A stretch of DNA of 64,000 nucleotides, from assembly GCF_018977255.1 (NCBI RefSeq), contig NW_024704743.1:41170001-41234000 (forward strand), written 5' to 3'. Under the pieces are notes generated by a model, which worked only from the letters and a program-made list of their open reading frames with translations, ran no database searches and was not told the origin of the DNA. Every line of letters starts with the position of its first letter. Position 1 is the first letter of the stretch. The stretch is from Callorhinchus milii (taxonomy: Eukaryota). This document shows positions 52,921 to 64,000 of the stretch, piece by piece. The position numbers were made by a program, and so were the translations under genes.

Positions 52921-54152
52921 TGGATATTTAAGTGTATTTAGGGATTATCAGCCGAAGCTGTAATACATGACTGAAGGAGATCAGGAGCAGACTGCTAAAC
53001 CAAAAATACATATATTGTTTGTTATTCCTTCGATAACCGAGTACTTGCCTAAAAGATTTTAGAAAAGCGAAAGCTAAAGGAGTTTTTTTCATCAAAAATG
53101 GATTAAGAGAAACGTTTATTTTCTGAGAAGGAGGAACCCTATAATGTGCCATGCATATGTGGTGTGCTGTAAAGAAACAGAGTAAAATTGTGTGAGTGAG
53201 TGGCTGAAATGACCCCAGCTAATAGTCACAGACCAAATGAGGACAAGGATAATGAACTCGATACCCTGTGGGGAAGGGAAGCCAATGGGAACAAGCAAGG
53301 AATGTAAGTTCGGATTGTATTCAGGTCATGTTTAGAGGTAGAATTTTCTCTTCTGTTACTGTAATGTTTTGCCAGATCTAACAAGGTGCAGATGACATTA
53401 CAGTGGTTATCCAATTAGGCACATAGAATAAAACACCTACTTTCACAGTTATTCCTCAGTCATTTTACTGATTAAATAACATCCACCTTTGGCATGATGC
53501 AAGTAATCAAGGCAGAACTGTGTTGTGGCTTTCAAAAACCTAATTTTCTATGATTCAAATTTATTGACTAATATTCTTTTACACTACGGGGGAAACTTTT
53601 ACTTGTTAAATCAATGTATTCAAAATATTCTATAAAATAGCAGCACTTGCTGAACTGTGAATATACTGTAAGCTTTTTATTTAAATTAGCAGACAGTAAA
53701 TGGGTGCATCAAACTATTTGACATTCAACAGAGCACAATACAACTGAATTAAGTATGGAGGAATGCCTTTGTATAACTTGAGCTGTGTGAACTCAGCAGA
53801 ATTCAAGGAAGATGCCAGCTTATTCGAAGTTAGTAACAGAGTTTGTGTGTGTTATGTGTTGACAGGGGTCATATTTTTCATGTGTCAGTCATTAATAACT
53901 TTTATGCAGTTACTTGTCATTTCCAACACATGGTTTTGCATGTGACAAGATGATGTCTTTCAACATGATTCACAACATTACATTCCACCATTAGAAGATG
54001 GCCTTTCAGCTTTTCTGCTCAACTCTCTGGAACTCCACGCCAGATGACCTTGGGTGCCCAGGAGTACTGTTAAGCCTCTTGGGATATCCTCCCAATAATA
54101 TAAGATAATAAAATTGTATTTGATATAGGGCCTTACCATATCTGCGCGATGT

Positions 54153-54550
54153 GGAATCCTGGAGCTCAGTGGTTAGAACACTCGCCTCGTAAGCGAGAAC
54201 TATTGGGTTTGATTCCCGGCAGGGCGAAACATTGGGCAGGTTTCCTTACTCCACATGCCGCTGTTCACCTAGCAGTAAGTAGGAACAGGGTTGTTAGTCG
54301 ATTGGTGAATCCCTTTATCAGGGGTAATAAATGCCTTCAATAAATAAATAAATAAATAATAATAATAATTTTGTCATTCAATCCATGGTTGATTGTGGGA
54401 CACTGCTGTGTGCAATTGGCTGATGCATTTTGTCCACAAAATATACAATTACTTCACTTATAGTGTATTCTGTGAAGCGCTTTGAGACGTTTTGAAGAAG
54501 TGATAAGGTGGTATATCAATGCAAAGTTAATTATTATTATTGTTATTATT
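54153..54550 (+). mobile_element. tRNA-derived SINE, long subfamily
   Basis: GGAATCCTGGAGCTCAGTGGTTAGAAC head, internal CAGTAAGTAGGAAC block, tail. Confidence 0.88.
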
Positions 54551-54927
54551 ATGTCACCAAGTGCTTCACGGGCTATACTGTAAAGTGGATTAACTGTATT
54601 TTTTGGGCAAAATGCATCAGCCAGATTGTACATAGCAGATCCCACAACCAGCCATGGAGCGAGTATTTTTTTTAAATGGGGCACTGTTGGCCAGGACACC
54701 AGGAAAATCTCCCTTCTCTTTTCGATTTGAGTTATAGAATCTTGAATGTCCACGTGATCAGACAGATGGACCCCAGTTTTTAACATCTCATCCAAAAGAA
54801 GACACCTCCAATAAGGCAACACCCCCCAGCACTGCATTGGAGTATCAATTCAGGCTATGCGATTCCAATTCCTGATGTTGGGCTTGAACACACTCTTTTG
54901 ACTCAGAGGCACTGAACCAGGCTGACC
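54551..54927 (-). mobile_element. Deu-domain SINE
   Basis: GGCCAGGACACCAGG...TTTAACATCTCATCCAAAAG...CCAGGCTGAC on the plus strand. Confidence 0.8.
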
Positions 54928-57324
54928 CAAGTTACACAAGATAAACATGTTATATAGATGTAAATTTGTATTGTATTGTCACAAATTTATGCAGTACAAT
55001 ACATTTATACTGTGCCTTTCACATCAGGAGGGGGTCTCAAAATTCTTTAAACAACTCGCTTGGACCCGAACAGGGATAGATGACCTAAAGAGTGGTCAAA
55101 TAAGTAATTCTTGAGGAGGGTTTTGAAAGTGGCTAGGGACTCTGGGATACAGTTTCAGAGAGTGGGTCAGAATAGCTGAAAGCCCACCTGCTGATCATGA
55201 ACGAGTGACAAGCATTTTCGCAACATATTTGGTGAAAATTGTGCTGGTTTTGTAAAAGTGCATTTCTCACCATGGTGTGCATGACATCCAGGAACATGCC
55301 TGGCTTTTTATGAAGCAGACCTACAAACATCAGCGTGGAGGTAAGGAGAGGAGAGAGTCAGACATCTCTTGCGTGGAAGCAGAGAGAACAAATCAGAAGG
55401 TAGGAGGGGGAGGGGAGCTAAGTTGGTTTGAATTACTGTAAATGTAAATGTTGGTATTTGAAACTCTCTTCCAGATGAGTCTAGCTCTTGTTAATCAGAT
55501 TTTCCACTGTGCACACTTTTAATGCAAGTGCAATGGAACGTGTTCCCAAAGCTTCATGGTGTGTGCATTGGGCAGGCTGTGGGGCTCATTGACAGAAACA
55601 TCAGCCTGCACTCAGCCGACGGGGATTGGATGGGAACAAAACCTGAACTCATGAAGCATTCCGTACCTGTCAGTGAATGTAAGCTTTATCTACAGACAAT
55701 ACGGCAAATAATATCAGCGTATTTTGTAGGAATGGATCCCTCCTGAAGGGGGAAACGAAAGATGCAGTTTATACTTGGACTGGGATGTGGAAATGGCAGT
55801 TACACAGACGTTGTAGAGTCTGGTGATAGAAGGTGAGGAAGGGGAACTCTGCCCGTACTGTGAGATGAGAGGGGAAGGAACGAAACAGGACCATTTACTT
55901 AGCATCTTGGCTTTGATCGCTCTGTTGTGCATACTTTTCCTTTGGCAGATAGATAAAAACAGGCACAGACACAGAGGAATGGTTGCAAGTCTGACATCAG
56001 AGGGAAAAAAAAGATTCCCCGAGCAGGTAAATTAATTTATCCTGTAATCCTATCATGTAATCCTATGTGAAGCCTTTAATACAGGAAATCGCTTAACAGA
56101 CATGGGTGGCAATGAACTGACTATTTCCTAACTGAGTGAAAGCACACTTTCGTCCTTAACCCCTTGTGACTCAAGCATTTCCTGTGATATGACAACAACA
56201 TAAAGATTGGGGCATGTGAGACATTGCTGTTTAACCTTAAACATGTAATTCACATAAGAAAGCTACTCAGTCTATTGTATCTGTGCTGGCTCTATGAAAC
56301 ACCAATCTATTCAATCCAATTTATCTGCCTTTATCCCATGCCTCTGTAAATTATTCCTTTTTAAATATCTATTTAATTCTCTCTTGACAACAAATAAGGA
56401 TTCTACTGTAACCATCAGCTTCCAGCAGGTCATTCCATACCCTTACAACTCTCTTTTAAAAACAAATCCTCTTAATGTCCCCCTTTCCTCCTTAGCTAAT
56501 GATCAATTTCTCCTCCTCCCGATATCAACATAATCGTTTGTAGTTTGGCTTGAAGACAAAATGAAGCATTGGTGGCCACTATTATAGTTGTTGCCCTTGG
56601 AGTCAGGCATATTCTCTGTCATTGCATGGGATAAAGACCAAATTTGATTGAATTCACACCCAGCTGACAATTGAAGATCACAATTTTAAACAATGTGATA
56701 ATTCTTTGCATTGTATTGTATCATGACAACACATATCGCATTTTTCAGTCTGGTATTTTATTCTCTCTGAATCAGTTTTGTAATCAGTAACCTATTTATG
56801 TAACGGAAGAATCCCAAATACTGATAAATCTTAGGTGGGTTTTACAATAATTATACAATGTGTATATTTGAGAGCTGTGCAAAATAATTTTCATATCCAC
56901 ATGGGTGATCCGTCACTTTTTGTTTTGGGACTTTGTCTGCAGATGGCTGATTAAAATTTCACGGAGTTCATATTTGCATTTGACTTTGCACCATCTAAAT
57001 TGCAGTCAAAGTCAAACTTCAGATATTCCTTCACAATTATTCTCTTGTTGGCAATCAGACTGCTGCACTGTTTGTTCCTCAGCTGCTTTCAGTTGTGGTC
57101 TCACCTCCTGTCCTTTCTGTTTACAGTATTAAATGAGCTTGGCCTCCAAATCAACAGGGCTCAACATTGAATTATTGTGCTATCAATTTTACAGTTTGTC
57201 ACTCAATACATGCTTTTAAACAAAGTTCAAATACATGTTCACAATTCACATTGAATGCCTTTCAGATATAGAATCATGCTTTATGATTCAATCAAATGAG
57301 GAAGGAATAATAAAAATAACCTTT

Positions 57325-57745
57325 ATTATTTGGTAACATTTGGTATAGCGCCTTTTCACTTCAGAAGGATATCTCAATGCACTTCACAGGAATTATTGTG
57401 AAATGGAGTGACCATGTATTTGTATGCAAATGCGGCCGCACAATTGTCCACGGCTAACTCCCAAAACCAGAAGTCAGTGACCCATTTTATTTGGAGGATT
57501 GTTGGCCAGGACACCAGGAGAAACTCCCTTCTCCTTTTGAATATTGCCATGCAATCTTTAACATCCACCTGAATAGGCAGAAGGGACATTGGTTTAAGGT
57601 CTCATTTGAAGGACGGTACCTCTGACAATACAACAACCCCCAAAACTGCATTGAAATGTCATCTTATACTGTGTGAGTTCAAGTCCCTACATGAGATTTG
57701 AACCTAGAACATTCTGAGTCAGGAGACAGGAGTGCTACCACTGAT
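57325..57745 (-). mobile_element. Deu-domain SINE
   Basis: GGCCAGGACACCAGGAGAAACTCCC...GGTTTAAGGTCTCATTTGAAGGACGGTACC...GAGTGCTACCACTGA. Confidence 0.8.
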
Positions 57746-57869
57746 ATAAATTGAATTGTACTTGCATGGAGAGGAGAACAATATTGCATGCTAAAATATT
57801 CTTGGACGCTGCTTCATTTATAATAATTTAATATAGTATCTCTTCACTTTTGTCGTGGATAAGAGCTAA

Positions 57870-58452
57870 TTTTCTTCAGTTGAACGTCAACAAGACCGAG
57901 GCTCTCTTGATTGGCTCCTGTCAGACATCTCCTCACCTCAGGCGCTGACAGCATCACCATCCATGGTTGCACACTCCACCTTCTAAGCCAGTCCGAAAGC
58001 TTGGGGTCTTGTTTGACCCTCAACTATACTTTCTACCCCACATCTGTGCCATGGCCCACTCTGCCTTCCCCCACCTCCGCAACGTCGCCCAGCTCCGCCA
58101 CTGTCTCACACTACAGGCCGCCGAAATCCTCATACATGCTTTCATTACATCAAGGCTCGACTATGCAAATTCCTTGCTTGTCGACCTCCCCAACTCCTTC
58201 CTCCATAGGCTGCAGATCATCCAGAACTCTGCAGCCCATGTCTTCTCCCGCACCAGGCTCTGTGACCCTATCAACTCCATCCTTGCCCGACTCCACTGGC
58301 TTCCCATCACACAGAGGATCCTGGTCAAGATCCTGATCCTAGTCCTCACCTTCAAAGTCCCCAATGGTCTTGGTCTCCACAACTTCTGCGACCTCCTAAG
58401 CCCCTACCATTCTGCTGGCTCCCACTGCTCAGTGGGCTCCGGCCTGCTTCAT
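57870..58452 (+). mobile_element. L2 ORF2 internal/3' fragment
   Basis: KPVRKLGVLFDPQL...AAEILIHAFITSRLDYANSLL...LHWLPI. Confidence 0.92.
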
Positions 58453-58769
58453 TTGTTGGGAGAAGGCGGTATCCATATAAAATGTATGAAAATAGTATCA
58501 ATATAAAAAATGTATGTTAGGTTTATGATAAAACAGATTGTTCTCTTCTATGTTAATCCATGTGTTTTATTGTTGATTGTGGAGAATGAGCAGGATGTTG
58601 AAGGAAGTACCAATACAGTACTCTCAGATGGTGCATGTTGGGAGTTGTCAGCAATGAATCAGGACAATAGTCAGACAGAATCTCAAAAGAAGCAATTAGA
58701 AGAAATAGAGAAGCACTAGCTGGGGTAACAGACAAATGTGTGCTCAAAATATGCATACATAACATAACG

Positions 58770-58935
58770 TGTAGGAGCAGGAGTAGGCCATTCGGCCCTT
58801 CGAGCCTGTCCCGCCATTCAATCATGTCTGATCTTCTAATCTAACTCCAGCTAATAACCTGACCCTGCCTTATCCCCATATCCCTTAATCCCTTTTGCAA
58901 TAAGAAATCTATCAATCTCAGTCTTGAATATGTTG
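58770..58935 (-). mobile_element. CR1-type 3' end
   Basis: TAGGAGCAGGAGTAGGCCATTCGGCCCTTCGAGCCTG. Confidence 0.8.
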
Positions 58936-59204
58936 GACTGCTGCTGCTGACTCCTGTAAACTGGTAGTATGAGTATTTCTTAACTGCATCTAACCAATGT
59001 GTTTTTAATATAATATAGTCAGGTATAACCGTTATACTTTGATATAATCATTGTATTCTAGTATTGCTTATTGGATCATTTATTTTTCTTTTATGATTGA
59101 TATTATCTGTTGTGTATCAAAATAAAGCATTCAAAGGTGTGTCACGCTATATTTGGTATTTGTAGAGTCTTTTGATCGAACCCGAGAATCATTATTCCCA
59201 ACAA

Positions 59205-59494
59205 CGTCCCCCGCCATGCTCGCCCCACTATTGGCGGGGGGGCCTTCTGCCACTCTGCCCCCACCTACTGGAACTCCATCTCACAGTCCCTCTGCCTCGT
59301 CCCCTCCCTTACCTTTTCAAGATCCATCTCAAAACCCTCCTCTTCAACCGTGCTTTCAATCTCCTTGCTTTCCCCCACCTCCTCCTCTCCACCCCCCGAC
59401 CCCTAGCTTGGGTCCGAAACTCTGTCTGTCCAGAGTCTTGGGACATCCTTCCAATGTGAAAGGCGCTTTACAAATGTAATTTTGTTGTTGTTGT
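59205..59494 (+). mobile_element. L2 3' end
   Basis: FKIHLKTLLFNRAF, followed by an L2 tail. Confidence 0.85.
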
Positions 59495-60112
59495 CAACAT
59501 ATTCCAAAGTGCTTCACAGGATTTTACTATAATATGGTTAACTGTGTATTTTGTGGGTAAAGGCAGCAGCCAATTTGCGCAGACAATATAATAATAATAA
59601 TAATAATAATCCTTACATTTGATATAGCGCTTTTCATGTCTTCTAGATGTCTCAAAGTGCTTCACAGAATATGCTGTAAAGTGAATTGACTGTATATTTG
59701 TGTGCAAAACGCAGCAGCCAATTGCGCACAGTCGTGGATTGAAAATGACCAATTTATTATTGTTTTGTTTTGGAGGGATTATTATTAATATCCCACAAAC
59801 AGCCATGGAGTGGATGACCAATTTTATTTTTGGTAGGAAGGGGGCATTGTTGACTAGGGCATCAGGAGAAACTCCCTTCTCTTTTCAAATGGTACCATGG
59901 GATCTTTAACATCCACCTCAACAGGCTGACTGGGGCCTTGGTTTAATTTCTCTTCTGAAGGACAGCACCTCCGAAGATGCAGCACACTCAGCATTGCATC
60001 TTGGAGAGTCAGGCTAAACTATCTATATGAGTTCCAAGTCCTGACATGGGGCTTGAACCCACAAACTGTCTGGCGCAGAGACGAGAACACCACCAACTGA
60101 GCCAGGCTGACA
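59495..60112 (-). mobile_element. Deu-domain SINE containing a nested, truncated tRNA-SINE (59588-59787)
   Basis: Deu core and head (GAGCCAGGCTGACAC) at 59790-60112, tail at 59495-59587; AATAT on both sides of the nested copy. Confidence 0.8.
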
Positions 60113-61334
60113 CATACCTTTTTGCTCATCTTTAAATGCAACATTTGTTGATGCGATTGTGTCCACAGTGCACTTTGTCTTTAAGCCATCGTGCTAGAAG
60201 TTTTATTACTTGGCCCTTATTTGCAGCCTGGTCATTTTAGATTTCTGCCAGGTGTAAGAAACCCATATGTATTTTTTTTTCTTTTATCATATTGTGTTGC
60301 AATTCATGACATCAAAGAAACACCTGAACATGCATCACTAATGTTTACGTAATTCAAATGATATCTCAGGTCCACCTCTGGGACTGTAATTGCTCAAACC
60401 TTATGTTTACTGAAAAAATTAACGTGCTGCTGGCAGGCAGATGGTTAAAATGGGTCCAGCAAGGCCTTTATCTGTTTCCTGTACCATCTATAAAGTCCTC
60501 CTTGAGGGTTACAATTTGAATGACATCTCTATTGTGAATTTGATCATGCTGAGAGATTTTTAATACCTTGAATCAGATTCTAAACTCAGAAGTATGTAAT
60601 CTTTTTCTCCTGAGGCTTACATTGCACAGCTGTTGCTTGCATACATAGAAACTGAAAGTATCAACATTGGCATTATTTCAACTATGACTATAATAAAGAT
60701 ATTGTTTATAAAGTCTTTATGATACAGATTGTCCAATTTCAGGTCTCTTCAAATGTCATTCTTTAGAAGAATGGGACAGAGCCTTAACCATTATTGTGTA
60801 ATGATGATGCAGCTGTCATAGAGCACCTGTATATTCATTCAAAATCTGATTCTTAGGCCAATAACCATGTTTAATTAATCAGTTCAACATATATGAAGCC
60901 AATAACCAGGAGTTAAGTATGTTTGACATTCCTGCAGAAGTTGATCTGTTAGTAGTCAACTTCGTAAAAAAACAACATAAACATGCTCTTCACAAATATA
61001 GCTGTTGCCATTCTGAACAACAGTAACTTGCTTTTATATAGCACCCTTCACATGGGGTAGCATCTTGGAGCAATTTAACAATGGCATAGCTTGATGCTGA
61101 GCCAGGAAGAAAGTAACCAAAGGCACGATCAAAGAGGGAGGTTGAATTGGAAACCTGCTACAAAGCACAAAGAAATTGTTGTGCATTACACAGCAAAAAC
61201 TAAACGGGGATATAAAACATCATGTTTGTGAATAACACTAAACAGTTCAGTGGAAGAATGAGCAATGAAATATTTTTTTGTCTATCTTTCTGGCTGCTTC
61301 CACCTCTATGTCGTTGGGGAAAACAAGTTTACAG

Positions 61335-61450
61335 GACTATGGGGAGAGAACGGGGGAGTGGGATTGAATTGGATAGCTCTTTTCAAAGAACCAGCACAGA
61401 CATGATGGGCCAAACGGCCTCCTTCTGTGCTGTATAATTCTGTGATTCTC
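61335..61450 (+). mobile_element. CR1-type 3' tail
   Basis: GATGGGCCAAACGGCCTCCTTCTGTGCTGTATAATTCTGTGATTC. Confidence 0.8.
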
Positions 61451-61639
61451 TGGTCCACTGTCATTCACACTTTTGTCACATCTCATCGAGCCTCTGGCTC
61501 CTGTCTCCCAGCAGATTAATTTCAACGTCTTCATCCTCCATCTACTTCCTGGCCTCCTACCTTACTCCTCCACCCAACCCCTCCACTCAGCTAATTTGGG
61601 GTTTGCTGTGTGTACCCTCTCTCTCCAAGCCATCATTGT

Positions 61640-62035
61640 GGAGTGGTGTAGCTTAGTGGTTAGAGCACTTGCCTCAATCGCCTGGGTTTGATTCCCTAGC
61701 AGGCCGAAACATTGGGCAAGTTTCCTTACTCCATACGTCTCTGTTTTCCAAGCAGTAAGTAGGAATCCAGTTGTTAGTCGATTGGTTGATTGCTTTTCCA
61801 GCAGTATTAATTCCTTCAAAATAAATGAAAAATGAATTTAGTCACTCAATCCATGACTGTTTGTGGGACACTGCTGTGAACAATTAGTTACTGCATTTCG
61901 CCCACAAAATACACATTCAATTCACTTTACAATATATTCTGTGAAGCACTTTGAGAAGTCTTGGAGACGTGATAAGGCGCAACATGAATTGCAAGGATTA
62001 TTAATATTATTATTATTATTATTATTATTATTATC
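61640..62035 (+). mobile_element. tRNA-derived SINE, long subfamily
   Basis: GGAGTGGTGTAGCTTAGTGGTTAGAGC head through (ATT)n. Confidence 0.88.
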
Positions 62036-62139
62036 ATCAGTGCCTATGCCCCTAACCTGTCTACCACTTCATTTCCTCCATCTCTTTCTTTCTTGAAATC
62101 TCACCTCAAATCCTACCTCTTTGAATACATCTATAGCAA

Positions 62140-62548
62140 AAACAAAAGTCGCTGGGAACACTCAGCAGGTCAGGCAGCATTTATGGAGAAAGGAAAATGA
62201 GTCAACATTTCAGGTCCACTACCTTCAGTCAGAATTGGGGCATGTAGGGAGGGAGAAGCTTTTGATGGGTAACAGAGAGATGGGAGGCAGGGCAAGGAAG
62301 ACAAAGGAGAAAATTAGGTAGAGGACAGGGAGGATGGGTTAAAGAGGTGTTAATGATGCACAACAAGGGAGGGGATTGCAACAAAGCAGGGGAATAGAAG
62401 TGTTAATACTGCAGAACTAAGGGTGGGGGGGAAATTGCAACATAACAGGCAGAACAGAGAGAGAGAAGGTGTGTCTGGGACGAACATGATGTGGTAATGG
62501 TCATAGAAGAAGGGGAGGGGGAATGGTGAGTTGTTATGGTCTGAAATA
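62140..62548 (-). mobile_element. Penelope-like retroelement terminal fragment with 13-bp TSD, inserted in an old L2 tail
   Basis: ACATCTATAGCAA at 62127-62139 and 62549-62561; GCTGGGAACACTCAGCAGGTCAGGCAGCAT terminus; decayed CTGAC(T)GA...GAAA core. Confidence 0.65.
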
Positions 62549-63239
62549 ACATCTATAGCAACCTCCCTCTTTCCCTTCCACCCTCCCTTGCTCAATGTCC
62601 AACTGCGTTCCTGTGAAGCCCTCCAAGAAGTGACTCTACATAAAGGCATATATGTATCTCTGTGATACAATACTGTAAGTGCCTTGCAATACAGTGACTT
62701 ACAGTAAAATGTTGCACACATTCTTGGGAATAGCTAATCAAGATTTTTTCAAACACTTTTAAAGTTTTTGGGAGTTCCGGGAATTTGAGGAGTAATACTA
62801 AACAATTTGTCATCTTAATCGCTTTAATATTCTACACCTATTAATCCACATGTACATTTTCCTTTGCGTTAGCATACAGATGAATAACTGACTGTGCTCC
62901 TATTGTACATACAAGTAATCTCTTTCTTACAGGTTAGTTACAATTGGGGACCACATGATCTCTGAACGACTTCAAAGCCATGTTATGATGGACTAATTTT
63001 ACAGCTAATTTTTCGAGAAAGAGTAGGAGGATGATAGGAATATTAATAACTTTAGTCACTCATTCAATTGGCATGTTTCTATTGGTGTTAGTTGGATTTG
63101 GGTAGCCAACAACAACAACAAAATTACACTTGTATAGCCAGTGTAAAAGTGCATGGATATAGGATGGATAGATATTCAACAGCTTTACATTATTACCTTT
63201 GAGTAGGGGAGAGAGAAGAGGTACTTTTCCAGTAAGAAA

Positions 63240-63612
63240 GAAACAATTTGCATGTTATAGCGCCTTAGATATCAAAATATCTCAGTTCACGGTAATTATT
63301 TCAAAGTATATTGACAATATTTTACAGGTAAAACAGCAATCATTTTAGACACGGCAAGGTCTGCCTATAAAATTAATGATTGGTTAATCATTGTTGTAGA
63401 GTAGTCAGTTGATTAATCAGAAGAAACTTTCTTCTTTATTTGAATATGTAATGGATCTTTAATGATCACCTGAAGACAGACAATAACTTGGTTGGAAATG
63501 TTATTCAAAATCCAGCAACTCAGACATCACATGGGAGTCTCATCTTTGACTATCATATCAGTATCCAAGTAACCAGATCAAAGGCAAAAGTGCTACCAAC
63601 TGAGCCAACCAT
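63240..63612 (-). mobile_element. Highly degenerate Deu-domain SINE
   Basis: GTGCTACCAACTGAGCCA head end, ATGGATCTTTAATG core and tail remnants. Confidence 0.55.
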
Positions 63613-64000
63613 GGGACACCAAATGTTGATAGATGGGCATGGCAAGTTTACAGTATGGCAGCTGAACATAGATTGTGGAAAAAGAAGACTTGGTTGAGCT
63701 GCATACAATATATTTGTACACAATGCATACAATATATATATATACAATATATATAGAGTGGGTTTCTTATCGGAAGGAACTTGAATGACCATGTTTAATG
63801 TCAAGCTATCTTCAATTCTTTTCACAGTGCCCTTTCAAATGGGGCTTTAGTTTGAGAATTTTCTTTTCTTTGATACTGTTCTATTTTGTTATTAACTTCA
63901 GGCAAATAAATTTTTTAAAACTCTATTGATCCACATTTGAATATATATACATAATTTGATATATGGGAAACAACAGGAAATTGTTTTACAGTGTAGTATT

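Noticed and set aside
55761..55835. ILGLGCGNGSYT resembling a SAM-binding motif
   Set aside because: Short, lacks the acidic residue and is closed by a stop after ~24 codons.
62671..62706. 10-bp hairpin TACTGTAAGT/ACTTACAGTA
   Set aside because: Expected by chance in AT-rich DNA of this length.
1..64000. Prokaryotic systems (CRISPR arrays, operons, retrons, defence islands)
   Set aside because: The DNA is eukaryotic and repeat-rich; recurring short ORFs are SINE translations and there is no regularly spaced repeat-spacer array.

Overview
Vertebrate, repeat-dense non-coding (intronic or intergenic) DNA. The repeat mix points to a cartilaginous fish, probably a chimaera; this is inferred from repeat families only. 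No host protein-coding exon could be identified with confidence. The only long ORF (42564-44735, minus) is the 5'-truncated reverse-transcriptase ORF2 of a young L2-clade LINE. The window is dominated by L2 fragments with two 3'-tail types, a tRNA-Ala-like SINE sharing the L2 tail, an older Deu-domain SINE, and CR1 fragments. Less routine items: (1) a Ginger2-type (KRBA2/SCAND3-like integrase) DNA-transposon deletion derivative with TIRs and a near-TSD at 32103-32936; (2) Penelope-like termini with decayed hammerhead-ribozyme cores, one with a 13-bp TSD; (3) three diverged, same-orientation copies of an unidentified, possibly once-coding sequence near 30.2, 33.4 and 37.1 kb; (4) repeat-free islands with minus-strand splice signals. 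Boundaries of old repeats were judged by eye and are approximate.
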